DNA from: a virus
Taxonomy: Duplodnaviria; Heunggongvirae; Uroviricota; Caudoviricetes
DNA length: 23,252 nt
IMG/VR virus record: IMGVR_UViG_3300029922_002860
Reading direction: 5' to 3' (one strand)
Shown here: positions 1-6,199 of the stretch, piece after piece
Position numbering within the stretch: the first letter of the stretch is position 1
Layout of the letters: each line of letters begins with the position of its first letter
The notes under the pieces: model-generated
What the model was told of the DNA's origin: nothing
The model's input: the letters and a program-made list of their open reading frames with translations, nothing else
The model's database searches: none
Position numbers and translations under genes: made by a program

Positions 1-4
1 CTGA

Positions 5-172
5 GTTCTGCCGCCCCTCCAAATACGAGGCCAGCTAGAGCCAAGATTCGCGCGGGGATACGGCTCCTGAGTTCTGCCGCCCCTCCAAATACGAGGCCAG
101 CTAGAGGATACGGCTGCGCGTATCCCGAGAGTGCAAGTTCTGCCGCCCCTCCAAATACGAGGCCAGCTAGAG
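5..172 (-). CRISPR. Mini CRISPR array A (3 repeats, 2 complete spacers; probably continues beyond the window start)
   Basis: Identical 36-nt repeats GTTCTGCCGCCCCTCCAAATACGAGGCCAGCTAGAG at 5-40, 71-106 and 137-172, separated by 30-nt spacers. Strand inferred from anti-repeat G-U pairing and from degenerate trailer repeats in the other modules. Confidence 0.93.
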
Positions 173-302
173 GGCACCGTGCAGACTGTTGCTTGCCAAA
201 GAGTAAGAGGGAAGCAGCCCGGTATAAAACTGTCGCCTTGTGGGCGACCCGGGTAGGCTTGGGGTTGGCCCAAGCGTGAAAGGGATGACTCGAAAAGAAC
301 GA
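173..302 (-). ncRNA. tracrRNA/omegaRNA-like scaffold, copy A
   Basis: ~130-nt element repeated four times. Contains an anti-repeat (189-217) complementary to the adjacent repeat, and stems CCCGG/CCGGG, GTCGCC/GGCGAC and GCTTGGG/CCCAAGC that covary between copies. Confidence 0.82.
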
Positions 303-305
303 GAA

Positions 306-335
306 ACACTATCGGCGAAAAGGGACGGGGTTCAA
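306..335 (-). promoter_or_regulatory. Putative sigma70-like promoter of module A
   Basis: Minus strand TTGAAC-N18-TAGTGT. The predicted start falls at about 299-302, where the segment conserved in all four copies begins. Confidence 0.5.
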
Positions 336-340
336 GTCGG

Positions 341-638
341 CAGTTGCTGTCCGGCTTCAATGGAAGGGACCGAAAGGGGCGGTGGAGTTAGCAGACACGT
401 AGGTCGTTCTGCTGCCCCTCCAAATACGAGGTCAGCAAAAGCAACAGATGCAGTTCCTATGACCATGAAGAGTTCTGCTGTCCCTCCAAATACGAGGCCA
501 GCAAAAGGGCAGGATCATGCATCTGCTCGTGGCCTTGTTCTGCTGCCCCTCCAAATACGAGGCCAGCAAAAGCACTGATGCGAAAACCCGTGTGCAACAT
601 CAGTTCTGCTGTCCCACCAAATACGAGGCCAGCAAAAG
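341..638 (-). CRISPR. Mini CRISPR array B (4 good repeats plus 1 heavily degenerate trailer repeat, 4 spacers)
   Basis: Repeats at 406-441, 472-507, 537-572 and 603-638 (consensus GTTCTGCTGYCCCWCCAAATACGAGGCCAGCAAAAG). A degenerate 36-mer at 341-376 has about 19/36 identity. Spacers are 29, 30, 29 and 30 nt. Confidence 0.92.
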
Positions 639-766
639 GGCACCGTGCGGACTGTTGCTTGCCAAAGAGTAAGAGGGAAGCAGCCTGGTATAAAACTGTC
701 ACCTTACGGTGACCCAGGTGGGCTTGGGGTTGGCCCAAGCGTGAAAGGGATGTGTTGAAAGAACGA
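639..766 (-). ncRNA. tracrRNA/omegaRNA-like scaffold, copy B
   Basis: Near-identical to copy A; anti-repeat at 655-683; stems CCTGG/CCAGG and GTCACC/GGTGAC are compensatory variants of those in copy A. Confidence 0.82.
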
Positions 767-769
767 GAA

Positions 770-799
770 ACACTATCGGCGGAAAGGGACGGGATTCAA
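770..799 (-). promoter_or_regulatory. Putative sigma70-like promoter of module B
   Basis: Minus strand TTGAAT-N18-TAGTGT, same position relative to the scaffold as in copy A. Confidence 0.5.
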
Positions 800-810
800 G
801 GCGGCTCTTG

Positions 811-1242
811 TCGTTGCTGCCCCACCAAATGCGAGGCCAGCAAAAGGTAGCCATCGAATTCGGTGAGATGTTTCATGTTCTGCTGTCCATCCAAATACGA
901 GGTCAGCAAAAGGAGTGGCGAGAAGCTTTCTTCATGGTGGTTGTTCTGCCGCCCCTCCAAATACGAGGCCAGCAAAAGGTTGGTGAGCGCACGGGCCAGC
1001 GCGGCATCGTTCTGCTGTCCCACCAAATACGAGGCCAGCAAAAGCGGCACGGCCGGCGAGAAACGATTGTTTAAGTTCTGCTGTCCCACCAAATACGAGG
1101 CCAGCAAAAGAACGGGCAACGGTCCGGGCAATCAGGCTCCGTTCTGCTGTCCCACCAAATACGAGGCCAGCAAAAGCGCCAAGACCGCCTGCCGCAACCG
1201 TGAGCTGTTCTGCTGTCCCACCAAATACGAGGCCAGCAAAAG
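811..1242 (-). CRISPR. Mini CRISPR array C (7 repeats, 6 spacers)
   Basis: Repeats at 811-846 (degenerate trailer), 877-912, 943-978, 1009-1044, 1075-1110, 1141-1176 and 1207-1242. All spacers are 30 nt and unique. Confidence 0.95.
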
Positions 1243-1371
1243 GGCACCGTGCAGACTATTGCTTGCCAAAGAGTAAGAGGGAAGCAGCCTGGTATAAAAC
1301 TGTCACCTTACGGTGACCCAGGTAGGCTCAGGGTTTACCTGAGCGTGAAAGGGATGACTCGAAAAGAACGG
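1243..1371 (-). ncRNA. tracrRNA/omegaRNA-like scaffold, copy C
   Basis: Third copy; anti-repeat at 1259-1287; stem GCTCAGG/CCTGAGC replaces GCTTGGG/CCCAAGC (compensatory). Confidence 0.82.
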
Positions 1372-1373
1372 GA

Positions 1374-1403
1374 TCACTATCGGCGGAAAGGTGCGGGATT
1401 CAA
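1374..1403 (-). promoter_or_regulatory. Putative promoter of module C
   Basis: Minus strand TTGAAT-N18-TAGTGA; weaker -10 than in copies A and B. Confidence 0.4.
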
Positions 1404-1414
1404 GACGGCTCTTG

Positions 1415-1648
1415 TCGTTACCGTGCCTCCAAATACGAGGCCAGCAAAAGGCCCTTCCCCGATTCGATGAACATTATCGGTTCTGCTGCCCATCCAAATA
1501 CGAGGCCAGCAAAAGGGACATTCAGCCACACGAAAGAGGCCCTAGTGTTCTGCTGCCCCTCCAAATACGAGGCCAGCAAAAGGCAGCCCTGTTCAAGTAC
1601 TTTTCGGTTTTAGTTCTGCTGTCCCACCAAATACGAGGCCAGCAAAAG
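1415..1648 (-). CRISPR. Mini CRISPR array D (4 repeats, 3 spacers)
   Basis: Repeats at 1415-1450 (degenerate trailer), 1480-1515, 1547-1582 and 1613-1648. Spacers are 29, 31 and 30 nt. Confidence 0.93.
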
Positions 1649-1778
1649 GGGCGCCGTGCAGAGTGTTGCTTGCCAAAGAGTAAGAGGGAAGCAGCCCGGT
1701 ATAAAACTGTCGCCTTGTGGGCGACCCGGGTGGGCTCAGGGTTTACCTGAGCGTGAAAGGGATGTGTTGAAAGAACGA
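1649..1778 (-). ncRNA. tracrRNA/omegaRNA-like scaffold, copy D (gene-proximal)
   Basis: Fourth copy, starting 9 nt after the stop codon of the 872-aa gene; anti-repeat at 1666-1694; lacks the upstream promoter segment present in A-C. Confidence 0.82.
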
Positions 1779-1787
1779 ATATCTAAA

Positions 1788-4406
1788 CTACGCGCACTGT
1801 TTGCGCACGGAGATGACTGGAAAGGTAACGGTAGTACGCTCGCCGGCACCGGCAAGTGTCTTCTCAGCGAGATCCTTGAACTTGGCGTCGTACCAGCTCA
1901 GCAGGATGGCCCACGCGGCATTGCTTGCGTAACACGAGGACGCATCGAGCCAATTCTCCCCAGAGGCAACCTTCGCCAGGTCCACGATCTTGTTTTTCTT
2001 CCCGCGCGTAACCGCCGTGTGGATCACGGCATCGCTCTCGGCGACAGTTTCGTCGTGGAACGGCACGCCAAAAGGCAGCGACTCCGAGGACCCGTCTCGC
2101 CACCCTCCGTTCAGGAGCGTCGCTGACTTTGCGGAGATCGAATATGCGCTGACCCCGATCTTCGCCAAAGCCGAGGGCAGGTAGCCTTGGGGCGTCAGCC
2201 TGCCGCCTAACTGGGCTAGCGTATAGAAATCCCGGGCCGGATGGCGGACGCTCCCCTTGCCGAAGATCGGGCCACCGCCGCCTATCACAACATGCCCTAC
2301 CCCGTTCGCCGCGCAGATGTCGGCAATCGACCGGGCAATCTTACGATAAAAACGCTTCCCCTCATTGGTGCGGTAAACGCCGAAATCCTTCATTTGCGCC
2401 CGGTTGACTTCCATGGGGATGAACCCCTTTGAAAGCCTCGACCCGCGCCCCTCGAACTCCTGGTCAAGAGAGTCTGCGTTGAAGTGGACGATCATGTCTT
2501 CGCGGCCGATGGTGTTCTTGAGCACGCGGCGGTTCCCGTTTACCGAAACCTGATTGGGATGCAGCGCCTCCTTGTGGGTTTCGCGAACAACGCGCTGGAA
2601 GGCGTAGGGTTCCCATCCGGTGGGTGCTTCACGATCTACGTTAACCTTCCTGAACATGGTCAAGGTCGCGACGCGGAGCCCGCCTGGGGATGCGTGTACG
2701 ACTGCGAGCAACTCTCCGTTCTGGACCGGCCGGAAACGCCCTGGCTTGAGATCCTGCTTGGCTTCCCGAGCCGCCGCTCTTTGAGCATACAGAGCCTTGC
2801 TCGACTCCAACGAGGCTTCCGCAATCTCGGGCATCACGGTAGCGGAGAAGCATCCAAACACCCGCTTTGCATCCCTGTCTTCTATGGTCAGCCTCAGCGC
2901 CTGAGCCTTGAAGAAAAGTTTGCGGCCTTCGGGGTCTCCCGGCATCGGAAGCGTGGCGTCCGGACGGAACTGCGTGGCCCCGTTTTTAACGTCGATTGCC
3001 TGTGGCAGCCGTGTCGCACGGTTTCCGGGTATGTTGCCACGAATGCGTGCCTCTACGAGGGCGGGGACGCTCATTTGCGCCGGTGCCTCGACTGGACGGT
3101 GCGCAGGGATATAGAGCGACACGTAGATGCAGTTGCTTGGTGCTCCCACCTGCGCCGCTTCCGCCAGCTCCCAACCGTACCGGTTATTGGGAAGCAGCGG
3201 GCTGAGTCCGGACGTGTCGGGAACCGACGGTATCGAGACAGGCCGCATAGCGGCGCAAAAGGCTCTTACCGGGCCAGTCACAAAGTCCTTGATGGCCTTC
3301 AGGGGAATATCCTTTTTGTCGGCTGCAATGATCCTGAGCCACCCCGCATGCTCCTCGGTGTCGCCAGGCTCCAACAGGTCGAGCTGCTCAGGGGGGAGGA
3401 GTCCGAATGCCGCCTGATGGAGGGCGAGAATGCGGCTTAGGACACCGCGGTCTCGCGCCAAGTCTTTCGGCTTGCTGCCTGCCGATGACAGGCGACGGAA
3501 GCGGTCGCTGGGGATGAACGGCGTCGGATCAGACTCAGGAAGGAGCGCGACGAATCGGGCAAGGATCGCAGGGTATTCATCCGCGCTTGCAAGGAACTCG
3601 GGCTCCTTCGGGTCAATTGGTTGCCACGCCGTGATGCCGGGACGAAGAAGAACTGCCCGCCACTGGCATGCGGAGATGACCTTTGAGGGAACCTTCTCGT
3701 CCCGAAGTTCCCGGCGCAGAACCGTGAAATAGCGGCTCGCCGAGTCCTGGGCGGCCTGGGTCATGAAGAATCGCTGGAATGGGTTAAAGAACGCGCCATG
3801 CTCCTTCATTAATCCCTGGACCGTGGCGGCGTGCTCCCTTGCCAGCGCACTTGCGCCCTCCTTGTTGGAAAGAAACGATTTGGCCGCGCCGGCAACTTGA
3901 ACGGACATCGTGCTTAGGATCGTCCCCAGATCAATGGCCCCGAATACAGTCTTGAACCACTCTTCAGTGATGGATGGGGGCTTGATGCCGTAGTGGTCAA
4001 GGACCAGCTTGTACGCGGTGCCGCCGCCAGTCTTCCTTGCTTCAGGGAAGACATAGCCACGCAGCATGATGTAGGCGTTCGATGACTTGAGTATGTCGTC
4101 CCACTTGCGACCGGCAATCCCTCCGTCCCCCGATAGGACGACATCCTTCCAGACCTGGGTATCGAGAATCGCCTGGGGAACCACCGAGGGATTCAGGAGG
4201 AGATAGATTGCCAGCCGGTCATCGCCCTCCACCGTGGCCATTGAGCAAAACGTCTCCAGCAGCGCCTTTGCAGTGGCGCTGAAGGTGCGGATGTAGGAGG
4301 TGAGCGTTCCGTATCCGTCTGGGGAAATCGGCGTCACCCGGCCCTTGAAGGCGGTCGAGTAGATGCGCCCGCAGTTGAGTTGGATTGGGGAAAGTTTATC
4401 GTTCAT
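1788..4406 (-). CDS. TnpB/Cas12-like (type V-like) effector, 872 aa, with apparently inactivated RuvC
   Basis: Long ORF abutting the array modules. N-terminal strand-helix (STAFKGRVTP...LTSYIRTF) resembles the WED/REC start of TnpB/Cas12. The C-terminal third has RuvC-like segments in the expected order: LLAVVHASPG (RuvC-I), RKIARSIADICAANGVGHVVIGGG (RuvC-II), ALAKIGVSAYSISAKSAT, and YASNAAWAILL (RuvC-III). Recognised by eye only. Confidence 0.75.
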   Translation of the reverse strand: MNDKLSPIQLNCGRIYSTAFKGRVTPISPDGYGTLTSYIRTFSATAKALLETFCSMATVEGDDRLAIYLLLNPSVVPQAILDTQVWKDVVLSGDGGIAGRKWDDILKSSNAYIMLRGYVFPEARKTGGGTAYKLVLDHYGIKPPSITEEWFKTVFGAIDLGTILSTMSVQVAGAAKSFLSNKEGASALAREHAATVQGLMKEHGAFFNPFQRFFMTQAAQDSASRYFTVLRRELRDEKVPSKVISACQWRAVLLRPGITAWQPIDPKEPEFLASADEYPAILARFVALLPESDPTPFIPSDRFRRLSSAGSKPKDLARDRGVLSRILALHQAAFGLLPPEQLDLLEPGDTEEHAGWLRIIAADKKDIPLKAIKDFVTGPVRAFCAAMRPVSIPSVPDTSGLSPLLPNNRYGWELAEAAQVGAPSNCIYVSLYIPAHRPVEAPAQMSVPALVEARIRGNIPGNRATRLPQAIDVKNGATQFRPDATLPMPGDPEGRKLFFKAQALRLTIEDRDAKRVFGCFSATVMPEIAEASLESSKALYAQRAAAREAKQDLKPGRFRPVQNGELLAVVHASPGGLRVATLTMFRKVNVDREAPTGWEPYAFQRVVRETHKEALHPNQVSVNGNRRVLKNTIGREDMIVHFNADSLDQEFEGRGSRLSKGFIPMEVNRAQMKDFGVYRTNEGKRFYRKIARSIADICAANGVGHVVIGGGGPIFGKGSVRHPARDFYTLAQLGGRLTPQGYLPSALAKIGVSAYSISAKSATLLNGGWRDGSSESLPFGVPFHDETVAESDAVIHTAVTRGKKNKIVDLAKVASGENWLDASSCYASNAAWAILLSWYDAKFKDLAEKTLAGAGERTTVTFPVISVRKQCA

Positions 4407-4432
4407 TGGATAGTTGAAGATGGGGCAAGGAG

Positions 4433-5245
4433 TCAGGCTGCGACAAAGTGTTGGAGTTCGTTCTCGGCCGTGCGCACGCGTTCAAGCTCTTCGCCTGCAA
4501 GGGCGGCCCTGATGCAACGAAGCCCTGCCTGGAGTAATGCCTCACGCGACCGGCCTTTCTCGGGCTTGGCGAGGTGCTCGAATTTGACCGCCGGATCGTT
4601 AGGCCCCCGGCGCTCAAAGTTCACGAGCCGCGTTGTAAATGCGACCGTGCCGGGGCGGTCCTTGCGGAGGCCCATCGTCAGCGCAAACAGCAGCGGGGCG
4701 CGGAGGCCCATTCGACTAAGCGCCCTGTAATGGCTCGCGAGGTAATCGAGTTCCGGTTGAAGCTCCTTTACGGCTACGACAACATCGTCCATCGAGAACC
4801 GCCTCAGTTTCTTCTCCGGGAACTTGACGTAGACCAGGAAGAGTTTTGCGACAGCCGCCCGCATGTCGCCATGCGTAAAACCATCCGCCTCCAAGAGTGA
4901 GCTGTCGCTCACGCGCGAACGCACGTCCACTGCGATCCTGCTTTCCGGGCTGAGGCCAAAGGCCACCTTCATCGTGACCGTGCGTCCGGCCTTTATGATG
5001 GCCATGAGTCGATGTTGCCCGTCAACGAGGACCCCGCGGCTATCGAACGCGACGCCATCCGCCAAGTTTGCCCAACGCCCTGCAAGGATCTCCTCCGTGA
5101 AGAAAGTGATGTCCGTCTCCTTTGTGTCACGGTTCTGCTTGTTCTGCCTTAGCATGGTGAGCGCCAAGTCCGGGCTCACGGCCAACTCAAATTCCACCAG
5201 AATCTTGCTGTGCAGGTTCTCGGTAAAGACTCGGGTGGCGTTCAT
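4433..5245 (-). CDS. ParB-like N-terminal (DGQHR) domain protein, 270 aa
   Basis: VSPDLALTMLRQNKQNR...GRW...GVAFDSRGVLVDGQHRLMAIIKAGRTV pattern typical of phage ParB-like proteins, with an intact GxxR. ATGA overlap with the upstream paralogue. Confidence 0.8.
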   Translation of the reverse strand: MNATRVFTENLHSKILVEFELAVSPDLALTMLRQNKQNRDTKETDITFFTEEILAGRWANLADGVAFDSRGVLVDGQHRLMAIIKAGRTVTMKVAFGLSPESRIAVDVRSRVSDSSLLEADGFTHGDMRAAVAKLFLVYVKFPEKKLRRFSMDDVVVAVKELQPELDYLASHYRALSRMGLRAPLLFALTMGLRKDRPGTVAFTTRLVNFERRGPNDPAVKFEHLAKPEKGRSREALLQAGLRCIRAALAGEELERVRTAENELQHFVAA

Positions 5246-6033
5246 GTGACGGCCTCCACGGTCTGAAGTTCAATACCTGCGCGAGCTAGCAGGTGCAGGC
5301 GGACGCTCTCCGGCTTATCGGAGTCCTCGATGCCGCAATAGGCGGCGACTACAGAAAGAGCGCTTTCAAAGCGCTCGCGGCCGCTCAGCTTGTGATAGTC
5401 CTCCCCCATGCGCCGGCGATAAGCGAGCACCCTTCGACTCGCCTCGGAGCGATCAAACAACTCGGCCAAAAACTGGCGGACCTTCTCTTTGTAACCATGC
5501 CCAACGAGGGCGAGCACGACGGCGGCCTTTGCGGCATTGCTCCAATAGGGGCCGCTGGCAAGCGTTCCTTTGACGGCCGTCACTTCGTCTACAGCCTCGT
5601 GGAAGATCGCGTGTGCGGCCTCCACGTTGAGAGGGTTCGAGGAGTTCTCGCCTTTGACGTAGAGGATAACTGCATTCAGTACCGGAGCCTCCACCCTCGC
5701 CGTATTGACCCTGCACACGGCACGGAGGACATCCTTCGAGTTGCGAGGCCGCCCGCGGCCGTACTTGTTTAGCGTGTCCGGATCTGCATCGCGGGTGACC
5801 TTCACCTCAACGGTGCTTTGTGATTCGCCGATGGCCGCCAAGAGTTCGCCTCCAGAGATGAGGCGCCCGAGCTTGTCGATGACGACTCCCTGGTGGGTCG
5901 GTTGCCAGCGCCCGTTGCGAATCAAATCGCTATAGTTCTTAATCGAACGCCTGTTGAGTCGCAACCCAGCCGGAAGTTTTGAAAGCAGCTGTTCCGCCGC
6001 TAATGGGTCGATGCTTTGTGTCTTAAGAGCCAT
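5242..6033 (-). CDS. ParB-like paralogue with degenerate motif, 263 aa
   Basis: IDPLAAEQLL...LNRRSIKNYSDLIRNGRWQPTHQGVVIDKLGRLISGGELLAAI aligns with the neighbour, but DGQHRL is replaced by SGGELL. Confidence 0.72.
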   Translation of the reverse strand: MALKTQSIDPLAAEQLLSKLPAGLRLNRRSIKNYSDLIRNGRWQPTHQGVVIDKLGRLISGGELLAAIGESQSTVEVKVTRDADPDTLNKYGRGRPRNSKDVLRAVCRVNTARVEAPVLNAVILYVKGENSSNPLNVEAAHAIFHEAVDEVTAVKGTLASGPYWSNAAKAAVVLALVGHGYKEKVRQFLAELFDRSEASRRVLAYRRRMGEDYHKLSGRERFESALSVVAAYCGIEDSDKPESVRLHLLARAGIELQTVEAVT

Positions 6034-6042
6034 AATATAGAA

Positions 6043-6053
6043 TTTGTATGGGA
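6043..6053 (-). promoter_or_regulatory. CCCATAC-type motif upstream of the ParB-ParB-Cas12-like operon (second copy CCCATAAT at about 6098-6106)
   Basis: Minus strand TCCCATACAAAT about 12 nt before ATG 6033; same motif family as upstream of many other genes. Confidence 0.45.
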
Positions 6054-6199
6054 TAATCGCCTAATAGACCGAAAGTTCAATCAAGAGATTGGTAACAGAT
6101 TATGGGTAAGCGGGATGTAGGTGAAGATAAGCGGAGCAATAATGCCTATTTGTAGGTGTTTGATGCAATTCCACGGTCTGCTCAAGCAGCAATCGCTAC

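Noticed and set aside
193-228. Plus-strand TTGCCA...TATAAA promoter inside the scaffold
   Set aside because: Spacing is 24 nt, and both hexamers lie in the anti-repeat or a structural bulge.
5-1648. Type II (Cas9) or type VI-B assignment from the 36-nt repeat, 30-nt spacer and GTT start on the plus strand
   Set aside because: The adjacent protein shows no HNH, no N-terminal RuvC-I and no paired HEPN RxxxxH motifs; RuvC-like motifs are C-terminal. Trailer decay and G-U pairing indicate the minus strand.
173-1778. The ~170-nt inserts as MITE/IS insertions interrupting one array
   Set aside because: No terminal inverted repeats or target-site duplications. Each insert sits between an intact first repeat and a degenerate trailer repeat and carries an anti-repeat.
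240-2126. Short ORFs across the array region (240..578, 457..738, 796..1131, 808..1074, 863..1276, 1249..1470, 1391..1750, 1656..2126)
   Set aside because: Their repetitive peptides (FCCPTKYEASK, LLLASYLVGQQ) are translations of the repeats; the 66-nt period preserves frame.
2331-2340. 10-nt match CCGGGCAATC between spacer 1111-1140 and the effector gene (possible self-targeting)
   Set aside because: A 10-mer match is expected by chance among this many spacer k-mers, and the flanks do not match.
2484-3440. 318-aa plus-strand ORF antisense to the effector
   Set aside because: Fully nested shadow ORF of a GC-rich gene with no recognisable motif.
1788-6033. CAST (Cas12k-Tn7) assignment because the RuvC is dead
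   Set aside because: No tnsB, tnsC or tniQ and no transposon ends are visible, and the protein is much longer than typical Cas12k. Genes left of the window cannot be excluded.
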